DNA of 61,538 nt, filler included, from Choristocarpus tenellus KU-1152 (taxonomy: Eukaryota; Protista; Phaeophyceae): assembly GCA_964200185.2 (NCBI GenBank). It is 9 parts of 9 records of this genome, joined end to end, with 100 filler letters (N's around TTAATTAATTAA, not from the genome) between each part and the next. Parts side by side here need not be neighbours in the genome. Positions count along the whole stretch, not along the records: positions 42,481 to 47,528 come from CAXNAD020012048.1; positions 47,629 to 54,241 come from CAXNAD020007751.1; positions 54,342 to 58,464 come from CAXNAD020016102.1; positions 58,565 to 61,538 come from CAXNAD020023234.1; 5 more parts are not named here. One strand, written 5' to 3'. The notes under the pieces are model-generated. The model did no database searches. It was not told the DNA's origin and saw only the letters and a program-made list of their open reading frames with translations. Each line of letters opens with the position of its first letter. Position 1 is the stretch's first letter. Shown here one piece after another: positions 46,948 through 60,117 of this stretch. The translations under genes and the position numbers were made by a program.

Positions 46948-47359
46948 ATCGAATCTAAAAATGCTGGAATCTCCACCATGGACAGGTGGTGTGCACTCGG
47001 TTGGGGGCAGAAATAAACACAGGACATCGAATCTAAAAACACAGGTATCACCATCGTGGAGAGGTGGTGTGTACACGGTTGGAACCACAAATAATTACAG
47101 GGCATCCAATATAAAAATGGCGATATAACCACCATGGACAGGTAGTGTGTACACGGTTGGGACCACAAATAATTACAGGGCATCCAATATAAAAATGGTG
47201 ATATCGCCACCATGGACAGGTGGTGTGTGCACGGTTGGGACTACAAATAATCACAGGGCATCGAACCTAAAAATGGTGATATCACCACCGTGGACAGGTG
47301 GTGTGTACACGGTTGGGAGCCCAAAGAAACACAGGAAATCGAATCTAAAAATGCTGGAA
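46948..47359. repeat. 78-bp tandem repeat, ~5.3 copies
   Basis: Units start at 46948, 47026, 47104, 47182, 47260 and 47338. Approximate consensus ATC(G/C)AATCTAAAAATGGTGATATCACCACCATGGACAGGTGGTGTGTACACGGTTGGGACCACAAATAATTACAGGGC. Confidence 0.95.
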
Positions 47360-47628
47360 GCTCGGTGGGTACAGTATCATCTCAGCCACATGCTAATACA
47401 TGCTACGTTGACGAATGATAGCCGCAATACCCGCCAAAGGCGCTAAATCGTGGCGGCGTGTTTGCGGCATTGGGCATCCAGAGACGCTCCTGTGTAGGCT
47501 GCACGAAGGGCGAACGTTTCTTGTATGGNNNNNNNNNNNNNNNNNNNNNNNNNNNNNNNNNNNNNNNNNNNNTTAATTAATTAANNNNNNNNNNNNNNNN
47601 NNNNNNNNNNNNNNNNNNNNNNNNNNNN

Positions 47629-47658
47629 CCGCACCCGCCCCCCCAGATACTTCGGGTC
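47629..47658. mobile_element. MITE family B terminal fragment
   Basis: polyC-AGATACTTCGGGTC at the contig start. Confidence 0.6.
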
Positions 47659-48908
47659 AATGCTCAATCGTGGTGGATGTTTTGCTAGCAGCTCTTCTCC
47701 ACTGAACTTCGTTTTTGGGGGCTTTTATTTTTGCAGATCAACATTAAAATAAGATGTATTGCAGCTACAAAATGACATATTATACAAAACGACCACATTT
47801 TATGTACCTCACGGTTAGTATTACTCAACGGTACCATTCTTAGTCTGAACCTACATTGTCACCAGGTCATGTGCGAGGATGTATCAGACGCCTGTGACCC
47901 ACTTATGCCCTGATATCATTTTTTTCACGCCTTAGATAGCAAACACTTTCACAACATAACATAAACGTCTTTGTTAGCATTTTGCTAAAATGTTACTGAC
48001 ATAGCATCGGTAATGTATGTCTCCTTCTTCGATGTTGTGGTCATAAATCCACTCCTTTTCATCACATGTTTAGTCGTAAACATGTTATAGCATACAAAAC
48101 ATAGTGTCTTGGGCACGTAGCACAATAATAACATGATGTGATTGTATCTTGCTGGGTGGGCGGGGAGACATGAGATCGGCAAAATCAGGGATTACACACG
48201 AACATTTCTGTCACACATCATCACCATTCGATTATTGAAACAGAGCACCACAGGACAAAAGACTGAGACATCAAGTTTTTTGACCAGTGCAAGATTTTAT
48301 TGTCAATTTTTGGATGAGGTTGGCAACACAGACACCAGCGTTTGGGCTGGTGTCTGTGTGACAGATGTTGGGGAGACTCTGCTCGTCGCTTCCTCCCAGT
48401 GTAGGGTTACAACAAGCAGCGAAACAGTTTCACAACTCTGGCACACAAGTCGTCCCAACTGGCGTTTCTGGCAAAGTGGTCACCCCTGGTAGCAGAAAAT
48501 ATACCGTTAGTCATACCTAACGTTGTCGAGAAGGCGATCACATCCTCTGTATTTTGAGATGGGTTTTTGTGAATTGGAAGGTGCTGACAAAGAATCCTAG
48601 CAGTTCACCAACACATGACTTGGTCATGTGGGTGGAGGGAGCACCAGTAAATGGTGTCAATTCTGATTGACATTACCTTTACTGGTTGGAGAGTATGCAT
48701 GCAGGATCGATGCTGCAAGGGGCTCCTCCATCAAGAATAAGAAACTACTTCCCTGCAACGAATCATATCTGGGGGAAGCATAACATCAATGCCCAAAATA
48801 TGTTGTGATGTGACAGTAGCAGTAATCAATGGTCTTCGTCTTCCTCCTCCCTTTTGCTTACTTCCTCCATGGACATTTAGTTCAACCCTCGCTTGATACA
48901 AACACACA

Positions 48909-49171
48909 CAGTGAAAGTATCTTAGAGGATAGGAGTTTTGCCCTGTTTGTCCGTTTCGGGCTTGGCTTCCCATGGGTTGTTTATGACATTTTTCCTACCC
49001 CAAAAAATTTTCGGAGTGGGTAAAATGTATACGCTATGGAAAGGTGTGTCCGGAACAAGGATATTGACACTTCCTAACAAATATGATAATAGCCAAAATC
49101 ACATCAAAATCGCAACATTGGATTTTGACCCCCAAACGGACGGGGTTCTACCCTCTAAGATACTTTGAAAC
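48909..49171 (-). mobile_element. MITE family A, full copy inside a (CA)n tract
   Basis: CAGTGAAAGTATCTTAGAGG ... CCCTCTAAGATACTTTGA, with ACACAC on both sides. Confidence 0.9.
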
Positions 49172-49955
49172 ACACACACACAAAGATATGACCAGTCTCG
49201 GACACCCACTAAACACAGGAGGAGGACTCTAAGTAAATGGCACCAGAGCAGTGTTGTCGATATGGCGTAAGGCGTTCACAGTAGTGGTAGCTAGTAGACT
49301 ATGGGATATGAATATATATATATAGAGAGAGAGACAGTCAGGTCCCATTAGGGGTAGGAGTACCGCTAACACATGGATGTCAATATCATGTCACACCACT
49401 TGTTAGGTACCAACAGTGGGCACTAAATGTACTGTAACAAACCGTTACAATGTTTCACCATCACAGTCCCTTTGACAGCGTTCAGCAGCATTACCGCTTT
49501 GTAGCACAAGACAACGGTACACTGTTGTAGTGCTATATGGAGAGTGTTGAGTAGTGCTATCCGCAGCAATATGTTGTCTAATTCCCTCACACATCTGCAG
49601 AATGTCAGAGCGCAAAATGATATGTACTCATAATCTCAAAACATTCATGGTAACACTTTGTGGCACACCGTAGCGTTTGCGGTACGTTATGAAGGCAACA
49701 TAGTGTTTTGTAAGTTTTAGATTGGAGTGTCATGGGTGCAACCTATGTTATGCATTTCTTTACCTCAACTGACACTGGCATAACATAGTGTGGAGTGATA
49801 CCTTGTCCAAGGTGGGCATACGTTTTTCTAGACTACAGTAGTACGGGTACACGCAGTGGCTCAAAATACAAAGACCAAACCTCTTTCTTTTTGAGATTCT
49901 CTCAACTTACTCACGGTAAGACGGACTCCCCTGATACTCGCTCTGGTGCCTATAG

Positions 49956-52358
49956 CAGTCACCCTGGTCGGGACCAACGACCAAGAAGGAAATCCAGTGT
50001 CTGCAAGTAATGATCCAGGAGCAGGGGTTACGGATAGAAGCTCTGAAGCAGGAACTGACGAACCACGCTCAGGCCTATGCTGCAGAGCTCAATCGCATTG
50101 AGCAGGTGAGTTAAGGGGATCTCCACCCGTCATATATGCCCCTGACTTAAAATTTTCCCTTTAAAAATACTCCAGAGTGCTTGTCTTTTTGTTTCTAATA
50201 TTTAAATATAAAAAACGAAATAGTACAAAGTGGGCTTATAACTATCTAACGCTTCGGTTGATTGTGAAAAAACCAAACTACTTACTAGCTGAAGAAAAGG
50301 CAGATACGAAGACACCTGAGTATATTGTGTGAGTTCAGGAGAATTGTTGTCTATTATTTTGTTTGGGTTACTGAAAGATCCCTCTCTGCCCATTGAGTGT
50401 TTGAACTTAACTACTCGGAGTATATCATCACAAGACGGAGTCTGTATTGCTTTATTTTTCCAAGCATGAGTGCTCCTTCCACTGGAGAGGATTATGGCCG
50501 ACTAACTGGTCGTTCAATATATTTCCTTGTCCTTTTCGGACCTGTATCCTGACCGATGGATCTTGCCTTGCATTTACAACTTTTGGCAAGATGGCTGCCT
50601 ACCTCTCCTCTACTCCCCCAGTGAATAGCATTATACAAATATGAAACCACCATCTGTCTCATGCCTCTACATCAGCAGTAAAGAGCCAGTTTGATATTTG
50701 TTGACACCATAAGACAAGAAGCCACCATGGGTGCTACATTTGTCTTAGTTGCTTTCGCACTGTGTGCACCCTCTTCTAAACATTTCAACATACCATGGGG
50801 CGTACTCAGCGGAAGCGAGAGACTAGACTACTTGAATATTTTGCCTACTGCTATTATTGCTCAACTGCTCCTTACTAAATGGTGCCTCGTGACAACACCC
50901 AGAGTCTCTCTTCAGCGGCCCTATCCTCATCCTGTCTCCATTGATGATAAGATTGGAAGTTTTGTATATTCACCTCCAGAGTATATTTCCCTCCCTCTAT
51001 ACACCAGAGGTGTCCCACCTCATCTCATGAGTTGTAGCAGGAAGACTTGTACCTGGCCATCATTTTAATCAACCAAGAGAAGTCTGCTATAAATAGGAGT
51101 AGTTCCACCACCCCCACCCTTTACCCCACTCAACACTCTATTGGTCTGCCCTCTCCAACTCTATGCCAAAACTGTGCTTATTTCGAATTTTCTGTGACAG
51201 GTTCACAGGCAAGAAAAAGAAGACATAGTAAAGGCACATAAGGGTGAGGTGCGGAGGAGTATGCTATTTGTACCACTGCTGCAGCATTGGTCTTCTGTGT
51301 GATAGAATTGTCTCTGATACTGGTCTCAATCCTCCTGCCGGACCTGAACAGTACCTTGAAGCCTCTCTGTATACTTTTCCGTTGAATCTTGACACTAATG
51401 GTAACAGTAACTACTACAATTAGTATTGTTGAAGTTATATTTTTTGGATTTTTATTTTCTTGATCACGGAAGGATCGCTTTTCGGGGGTGCGTGAGAGCA
51501 CTGCTTCCTCTTTTTTCGTGCGTTTTCTGGGCACATAAAAAATATAGTGAACCCCCCACTTCCAATAAATCGCTGTCCCTGAGAAAGTGCCTGGGTACGT
51601 AGCTGAGTAGACCTGGTCATTATTGTGGCCAAAACCAAATGACAGGGAGTTGTGCAATCCATTGAAAAATCTAAAGGTCTTGCGAAAATTCTGACCAACA
51701 AACAAACAAAAAATCCTTGATCTTGTGTTTTTTTTCTTGTCTCAAAAAATAACAATAGAGAGAGGTGGAAGTGACGGGGGGGCAATACGACAGTTGGTAC
51801 TTATATTCACCACTTCATATCTAGCTATAACCTACAACCATCTCTATTGTATATACTGTTGTGTTGTGCTGTTAGGCTGTCCCTTACGATTCACAACATG
51901 TTGTACTAGCCATCCGAAAATTGTAAAATGTGCACGAGCGGGACAAGTTTGGTGAGGCCTATGGATGGCTGTTTCTCATTCTGATTTTTGTTTGGCAACA
52001 AGAATGAAGTACCAGCGTGTGGGTGTAGTGGTTGTCATATCCGACAAGTTGTTCAAAGTGTCGATATATTTTCTCGTTTCTGTTTTATGTAGCCATGTAT
52101 TGACAGTTACGTTTTCGTTTCAAGTTTGATCATTACACGCATGCACCTTACGCATAGTATACCAGAATGTCAATACGTCAATAAACAATGTAAACAAAGG
52201 TCGGGAAGGTGAAGATGACTACATTCCACCTCCACATGTCCTCTCTCGCCCTTCAGATGGCCGACCTTCAACGAGCACTGCTGTCACTACAATGTGCTGA
52301 AGATGGCAAAAGTCGATATGATGATGGCATTCCTATCGTGACCGGTGGTCCCACCAAG
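49956..52358 (+). CDS. Two internal exons of a coiled-coil protein
   Basis: ~49956-50105 (..KEIQCLQVMIQEQGLRIEALKQELTNHAQAYAAELNRIEQ|GTGAGT) and 52257-52358 (MADLQRALLSLQCAEDGKSRYDDGIPIVTGGPTK|GTGAGA) join at phase 0 and show heptad character. Confidence 0.55.
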
Positions 52359-52679
52359 GTGAGACCAAGAGATGGGAAGGCAGGCCTGGGTACAGATTCT
52401 ACTAGCACAAGGAGATTGCCAATACAACAGTTACATAGAGCACAAACATCATCATCAGCATCAACAATACCCATTACTATTATACTTTGGTCCTTCATCC
52501 AACTAACAACACACCGTTTTCATCTATGACACAGAGTTTTCATCATTGTGGTAGAGGCCAAGCAATAAATTCAGACGAATATCAGGATAGTGCATCATGC
52601 AAACGCTTCACACTCCTGAGAACACTATTGCGGCTGCATTAAATCATTAAATCGTGATGTGAAGCTCTGTAGTTGTATT

Positions 52680-53640
52680 GCAAAGCCCTTACACAGGACA
52701 GGGTAACTGTGATGGGACTGGACCAAAAGCCGACTTGGGAAGAAAGCTTTCAAACAGGACCGGACCAGGGCTGTAGACCAGGGCTTTTCACCGGACCGGG
52801 TGAATGTAATGGGACCGGGTCAGAGTCCAGTCTGGTCGAATACCGTAAAACAGGGCCAGTCCAGTGACACCAGAGAGTACAACCGAACCAGATCACTGAC
52901 GGCCTTTGGTTGGATATGCGTGTACAGGGTTGGACTGGAACCATCCAAATTGTAAACTCGACTGGGCCATGGGCCAGCCTGAACTTGAAATTTATCTCAA
53001 TAGGACCAGACCAGGGTTATCGAGAATGTGAACAGATTGAGTCGCAGCCACTCATCGCTCATCAATGCTCATCAGAACATTTGATGGTTCCAATTATACC
53101 TCAATTGGACTTTACATTCTACTGTTTGTAGTAGGGCTTTTCAAATTTCAAATTTAACCACACTTGGAGTAATTGGCTACAAAAATATAGTAGAAATTAT
53201 TATTCAGCAGAAACAGTCCAGGGCCACCAGAGAGTATAACCGAACCAGGCGACAAACTGGCCTTGGTAAAGTATCTCAAAACAAGAGCGGACTAGAGCCA
53301 TGGAGATTGTAACTGGACGGAAGGCGGCCGCCCAAGGTGAAATATGTCTTGAAAGGACCAAACTGCGGCCAACTGGCAGATCTAGTTCACTCCATGGATC
53401 CGGTCTGACCAGTGGGTTCGGTTAACTGCCATTCAACCAAAAAGCCCTGCCATGGAGATATTAACAGGTTTGGTGAACAAGTCAGGTTGGTACATGTATA
53501 CCAAGCAGTATTAAAAGGGCGAGATCAGGGCCCTCACAATGGTTCTACTGGGGCCGGGGCACGGGCCAGCTTGGGCAAAACATACACTTCAAAAGGACCA
53601 AGCTGGGTCTCTGGTTGACCAAACCAGGAGGGGCGGCTTG
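52680..53640. repeat. Cluster of decayed family C (hAT-like) repeats with internal duplication
   Basis: CCAGAGAGTA(C/T)AACCGAACCAG at ~52870 and ~53227, many GGACC/GGTCC motifs, and (C/T)AGGGCTTTT and AAAGCCCT ends. Confidence 0.5.
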
Positions 53641-54159
53641 CATGTGAATTGCTAATCATTACATGAATTGAATTGTTAGAGCAGATAGCTCTATGTCATG
53701 AACATAGTTTCGTACATGACAATACAGTACATGGATAAATATAACAGTTGTAAACAACAGTGGTAACCCTTTGGTCGATGGGGTCTAGGGGGTCTATCAT
53801 GTGATTTGGACAGGGTCAGCTCGAGTAATCACATTTTACCTGGGCCAGGACGGGACATCAAAATCTCAACGGGTTCAAGCCACAGGTTGGGCCAGCTAAT
53901 GAATCACTTAATGAGACCATGCCAGGGCCTTCAGAAAAGTTACAAGGTCAGTCTTTTGAGACTGCCATATTAACGGTCAGTTCAGTATAAGGCCCTGACA
54001 ATAGACACTTCACAGTAGCCTACCGTTCAACAAGTGAGTGCGGAATGCTCCCTTCAGTCGTGCTGAGAAATGCTCCAGAGTAAACAGTGGCAGTGACCTA
54101 TTCCGTGAAAGGGTACAAGCAAAGGTTGTACGGCCAATTCACTTTCTTGGACATTGAGT

Positions 54160-54241
54160 GAGCCAAAGTATCTTAGAGGGTAGAGCTGCGTCCAGTTGGG
54201 GGCCAAAGTCCAATGTTGCAATTTTGATGTAATTTTGGAGA
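54160..54241 (+). mobile_element. MITE family A, truncated at spacer
   Basis: GAGCCAAAGTATCTTAGAGGGTAGAGC... Confidence 0.88.
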
Positions 54242-54392
54242 NNNNNNNNNNNNNNNNNNNNNNNNNNNNNNNNNNNNNNNNNNNNTTAATTAATTAANNN
54301 NNNNNNNNNNNNNNNNNNNNNNNNNNNNNNNNNNNNNNNNNTGAGGTGATTTTGAGGCTAGAACTGGGCACGTTGAGGGTCAGAACGTCGGC

Positions 54393-55690
54393 ATGGCAAC
54401 CCCCCCGTCGACCCCCCCGCCTAGGAAGGGTGCCCAAGTGTCCCTGAATACCAGGGATGCGCTTGCCGTGCAGCACGCCCTCACGATGGTCCCTGGTGAG
54501 CATAAACTGCCGCGACACATTGGGCCAGCCCTCGCAACAGAGTTTGGAGTGTCTGAGTGTTTCATGCGAGGTCTCTTGGAGGATGTTGCCGATCAGCTCA
54601 CCCGTGGCCACACACTTGACTTAGGGGTGGCGGCACGTAGTGGGCGGCCTTCGGAGCTTATACCAACCAAGATGGCCGAAATACATAGTATCAACTCCGC
54701 TAATCGGTCATCCGTAGTGAGTCAGGTGACAATGAAGATATGGCCGCCAAGGGGCTGAATTATAGCACAAGCACCATAAACAGGTGGTTGGATGATATGG
54801 GGGCCATGGATCAAACCCAAGCTTAAAATGTTGTCAAAGGTATGGAGAATGGACTTTGTTTGTGACCAAGTGGACTAGAAATGTGGTGTGTACGCCTCCA
54901 TGGTGAACACGATCCATGTGGGTGAAACCTAATTTTACGTGATGACTGATGGGGAAAGAGTTAGGGTATTTCCAAACGAGGATGATAGCAATTTCCAGGG
55001 TCCCCTACTGTGGAGCTCCCCCAAACCATGATCATTGCAGCCAACACCTGCCCAGATTCGGCTCACAGCTTTGATGGAAAGCTTGGTGTTTGGCGTGTGT
55101 GTGCGCCAAAAACGACAGACAGGACAAGCAAGAACCATAAAAAGGAGGATGTGTATGAGCAGGACTGTACTTTAGATCATTTGTGGTACAGGAAGTGGTA
55201 CACGGAGGAGTTACTGTGTGCAATCAAGACCAAGATGCCTTGGTTGAAGGGGAAGCATGTTGTTGTTCAGTAAGACAGTGCCACCCCCCACACGGGCAAG
55301 GGCAACTCAGAAATCTTGTCAGTGAGGGGTGGTCGATTAGGCTTGTGACGCAGCCATCTAACTCCCCCGACCTCAATATCATTGACCTGTGCTTCTTCGA
55401 GTCTTTGAAATGCCGGGTGATGGGGGAGTGGTTTGGGTCCGTCGAGGAGATGGTGAAGGCCACAAAGAAACAGTAGGAGGAATATGATGAAACCACACTT
55501 GAGAGGGCTTGGCAGCTCCTTTTTCTGGTGTACAATCAAGTACTTAGATACAAAGTGGGGAATGACTTCAGTGTGGAGCACACAGGGGCAAGGAAGAGGG
55601 GGTTGTCTGGTTGATCTTGAAAACGCACTGAAGGTAGACATGGAGGCATTTTCTGCGGCTAATAAAATTGTGATGGATGGCGATCTCTAG
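54393..55690 (+). pseudogene. Tc1/mariner transposase pseudogene (plant/oomycete DD39D-like mariner type)
   Basis: Motifs across frameshifts and stops: RSGRP, IKPKL, IHVGET*FYV (from IHVDEKWFY), FDGKLGVW, AIKTKMPW, VVVQ*DSATPHTG, LVTQPSNSPDLNIIDLCFFESLK, GNDFSVEH. Confidence 0.9.
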
Positions 55691-56438
55691 TAGTATTAAT
55701 AAAAGGAGCTGAACCTAACCAGAAATTCATCAAGGATTCCAAATTTTCTTTCAGAAATGAATTTCATCAACATCTTCAATAGTTATGGACAATATGGAAC
55801 AGACTTATGGCACAGAGTTGGGATGATTCACAAACAGTAGTGTAAAGCTCATTGCCATTGTTGACTCAAATTACCCATAATAGGTACCAACCCTACTTGG
55901 GTTTCAATCAACCCCACCCACTCACTCCATATGTACATGACATAATTACCCTCATAACAACGAAGGAGAGTTATAACTCACCTATTCGATATGACCTTAC
56001 TCGGATATACCATGACCACCAGAGTATTAGGCAAAGGACTTTTGTTTTGGGGGTTGTTCTTTTTCTTTTCTTTGACTCTTCCTTTTAGAAACGCACTCTA
56101 GATTTTGGTTTAGCAACCAATCCATTTGTAGTTTCGGTTTTATTATTGGTACTTTTTCTTGACGGAGGGAAATGGTAGTTACCTCGTGAGAATAGAATAG
56201 ACCAAAATAGCCTATGCCATTATACATTAACTAATATTGCGTAGTACTACATGTGATAGTGTTTGTCGAAGATTGCCCCTCGCAACATTCCTCACTGTAT
56301 TCAACGCATGCATCTAATGATCGATGGCGGTTTCAAAATGGTTTCATAGAGAATCCTCGCTATAGCAATGATGATAGCATCAATAGCCCAATACTTGTAG
56401 CTCGACGGTACTGTGAGAAAGGGGACCAAGACGTGACG

Positions 56439-57911
56439 ATGGGCACCATTCCAAGTCCGCTCTTCGAACAGGTGAAGATTATTCTCTATGCTCTCTTGTC
56501 CATTGGCTCAGCTTTCGCTCGATGTCTAGAGTCGAGCTTGTTGCCATATCAGTCGTACATGCTAAACCAGAGTAAGAGTGCTGACACGCCAAATAATGCA
56601 ACGTCGTAGGTATCGCGAACGAAGGCGCTGCATCTTGCCACCTTGGGGCTCGATGTTATCCCTAGACCGGTCCTACGGACTACCTGCCTCGTCAGGTCTG
56701 CAATTATTCTTACGTGCAGTTGCTTAAATGGAAGAACTATGTGGTCAAGATTATTGAGTTGTTCAGGTTGACTATATCCAGGACCAAGAACCGATTATCA
56801 CTTTCAATCATATTTTCAATTGTCTCCAGTAATACATTATAGTCCAGTATAAATCAATCAAGCAAAAATGTTCATGATCAATCTGAACACCACACAAGAA
56901 GAAACATGGTATCGTAACAAAACGTTCGAGACCGATGCTGCACTACCACGTCTATTACTATCTCATGGTAGAGTAGAATTCTTGATACTACTGAGAATAT
57001 ACTATCATTTTCCAACAAGGCCGCAGATCGTCCATTTGTCCCATCCGTACTTGACGATGGGTATTTTCCATCAGACTCAACATGGGATACAATCGACTGC
57101 AAGAGCTTCCTGCCTCACTCTCTGCCCTTTCCAATCTGGAGCAACTATGGGTACCTGGAAACCCTATCACAGAGGTTCATCCCCACCTGCACCATTGCAC
57201 CAAGCTGAGGGTAAGCAAGCACTTCAAAGTACTCTCGGGAACAGTACATCATTGTGCCAAATCTCATCGAGCTCAGCAAGATACCTTATGGTCTTAAAAT
57301 GTTGTTCGATGTAGTTTACGAAGTCGCAAATTTGGGCAATGGAGATGCTTGTGGTCCCGCATTTTGTAAGGGGAATGCTGGTTCTGACTGTACCCTGATC
57401 GTGAAGGCTCTTAACGATCAGTACTATCCATGAAGGAGAGAAGTGAACCCATATCAATTAATTCTAATATACTCCAAAGTGTCTCATACTGTTCTTACAG
57501 CCAAGTGTCCCGGGTTGCACTGCAGTGTCATTCCTCTGGACCCTCCTGGTAACCCCGAGCTTCTCCCTTAAACTTGTTCAAATTTGTTCAATGTTTTTCC
57601 TGGTGTGATGATCAGAGGTTTTCATTTAATTCAAATCTGAAGACATCGTATGCAGCCTCATTGGACCATGTACAACATGTTGATTGATTTATTTCAAATT
57701 GACTTACAGATATACATACGTGTAGACACTATGTCATCTCTTCTGGGATGCCATTGTCGATACAGCATTCCATGTACAGGTTGAGGATCTCTATCTGCTT
57801 TTCCCTGCTTTTCCCCCTCTCTCCCTGATTACTAACCAGGTGCTTGACTTAAAGGAAACCGCGCTTAGAAAACTTCCCCGAGAACTCGGTCGACTTCAAT
57901 CTTTGTTTGAG
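56439..57911 (+). CDS. Leucine-rich repeat protein, partial (start tentative, 3' end not found before spacer)
   Basis: Exons 56439-56471, 56610-56695, 57075-57210 and 57840-57911 in phase: MGTIPSPLFEQ|VSRTKALHLATLGLDVIPRPVLRTTCLVR|LNMGYNRLQELPASLSALSNLEQLWVPGNPITEVHPHLHHCTKLR|VLDLKETALRKLPRELGRLQSLFE. These are 23-aa LxxLxLxxNxLxxLP repeats. Confidence 0.88.
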
Positions 57912-58311
57912 GTGAAGAAATTCACTGGAGGGAACTTGAGCACACTACAAGATTTTTGTAGTTGAATCAACGTCTTGCATATTTCTGGTCATACTGCACG
58001 CACACATTAATGGTATATGTAGGACCAGTCTTCCTCTTGTGACTTTGAAGACACATTAGATTATGTACTTCATTAAGCCTCTAAATGCACACCATCAAAC
58101 CTTGTCTGGAAAAACTACATCCACGAACGTTGTCCCTAGATATTTAGATACAACTTCATCCGCTCTTGATAGATTGCCCAGGTCCTAAGGTACTTTATCA
58201 TGTATATATTTAAGTGTTTGGTTCATATTGTAGCATCCATTGTGTACTATATTTGGAGCATACCTCTGCCTGAGTCCATGGGGGTAGATAGAGGAAGTTG
58301 CGACGAAGGTT

Positions 58312-58459
58312 GGCTCAACGTACCTGGGGGGAGGTGGTGGTTGCGATTTTTGTGTGATCTGGTTGCATGCGTCGGATGGATAATGTATTTGCACTTTTCC
58401 TGGTTAGGGTCTGAATGGACACCCTAGTGTAGACTCCCCCCCCCCCCATCGTTTGAGCC
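58312..58459 (+). mobile_element. MITE family B, internally shortened copy
   Basis: GGCTCAACGTACCT-polyG ... polyC-ATCGTTTGAGCC. Confidence 0.82.
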
Positions 58460-58932
58460 ATCCANNNNNNNNNNNNNNNNNNNNNNNNNNNNNNNNNNNN
58501 NNNNNNNNTTAATTAATTAANNNNNNNNNNNNNNNNNNNNNNNNNNNNNNNNNNNNNNNNNNNNATCGGTACCACGGTATAACGGTATATGGCACACGGC
58601 AATAACGGTATAATAACAGACAAACATGCTTTCCACAGAAGCAAATTTATAATTCCGATGTCAAAATTCTATTCATATATCTCAAAATACACCATCGCGT
58701 ATACCAGTAGTCGCAAGGAAATAATTGACCAAGCACAGATTCTAAACGTTTATACTAAATCAAAAGAATAACCTAAGGTTTGTTTTGCTCACAAATTCTG
58801 GATTATTATTATTAGCTTATTCCTTGTGTGTCATTTCCCAATTCTCCATTCCTTTCCTTCTCCGTGTATTCCCTCTTCTGATCAGTCCCTTGCGACCCCT
58901 TCGCTGCTGGTTTCCTATTTACCCCCCCATGA

Positions 58933-59095
58933 GATGACCAACCAGTGCGACCCAATCGCCCCTGATTTCCAGTCATCCCCCACTTCTGATGACCAACCAG
59001 TACGAATCCCCTTCGTCTCTGATTTTGCACCCCCCCCCCTATCTGATGACCAACCAGTTCGACCCCTTCACCCCTTATTTCCAGTCACCCCTCTC
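58933..59095. repeat. Three ~56-bp tandem units
   Basis: GATGACCAACCAGT(G/A/T)CGA at ~58933, ~58988 and ~59045. Confidence 0.8.
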
Positions 59096-59855
59096 TCCAC
59101 CTTTCAACCCCCCACACAAGTTACCACTCCCCTCAACCCCACAGCAGCTCCCACACCACTCAACACCACTCCACAATCATCCAAGAACACCCCTTCATGA
59201 TCCACTTCAAACCATGCCTTTTAGCTAGAGAAGACATCTACCTCGTCGGAACTTGACCTCCCCCTCCTTACCCAGTGTTCCCGTCGGTCGTGAGCAAGCG
59301 ACAGGGTGGGAGGGCGGGAGAGCTTGCTCGGAGGTTGTCTTATTCTCACCCTCCTCGTCCTGTACCCCTGGTTCTCAGCACTCTTATTATAAACTGATCG
59401 ATCCTTCCCCTTCCCTCTTCCTACCACTCATTTCTTTTAACCTTTTCCCCCTTGTCTTAGCCAGTCATTCCTTAACTATTCGTTCTCTTCTTGCTTCTTT
59501 TTCTTTCCACCACCTTCCCTTGTCGTGTGCTCCCAGTCAACCAGAATTCTTCCGCCCACAAAACTCAGGTTACTTCATAAACTTTCACTTACCCAATACG
59601 TATATAGAAAAGAAACGACACAGATGTAACACACAATGTAACAAGTGAAAAATGAACCGCCTGAACAAAGTCCGACCTCAAATATGATAGGATAGGATGT
59701 CCACGGGAAGCATGATACACTGTGTAGATGAAGGGAGGGGGTGACACACGACTACGAATTAAAGAAGATTGTAGTGTGTCCGACACGCTACAACCTCCCT
59801 TCCATATTACGGAATGTGGGACTAGTCCAGAACCAGGACCTTGGTTCCACATTAG

Positions 59856-60117
59856 GAATCAAAGTACTTTAGAGTGTAAAGCTACGTCCATTTTTCGGAG
59901 GCCAAAATCCAACGTTGCAATTTTGATGTAATTTTGGCTATCATGTTTGTTAGGAGATGTCAATGTCCTTGTTCCGGACACACCTTTTCATAACGTATAC
60001 ATTATACATACTCCCAAATATTTTGGAGTACGTAAAATGTCATTAAAAACCCGTGGGAGGTCAAGCCCCAAATGGACAAACAGGGAAAAACTCGTACCCT
60101 CTAAGATATTTTCACTC
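59856..60117 (+). mobile_element. MITE family A, full copy
   Basis: GAATCAAAGTACTTTAGAG ... CTCTAAGATATTTTCACTC, flanked by TAG/TAG. Confidence 0.9.

Noticed and set aside
46948-47359. CRISPR-like array
   Set aside because: Units are similar over their entire length with no unique spacers, and no cas-like gene is present.
50200-52000. ORFs of 100-175 aa (e.g. 51178-51705)
   Set aside because: No recognisable motifs and non-ATG starts; they lie within a presumed intron.
54393-55800. Fanzor/TnpB nuclease associated with the mariner
   Set aside because: No RuvC or zinc-finger-like ORF is visible next to the transposase remnant.
49956-57911. Single gene joining the coiled-coil exons and LRR exons with an intronic mariner
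   Set aside because: They are separated by an artificial spacer, and no phase-compatible join was found.
15933-58564. Recurrent TTAATTAATTAA palindrome as a biological repeat or piggyBac TTAA site
   Set aside because: It is always centred in 88 Ns with a fixed 100-nt length, so it is an assembly linker.
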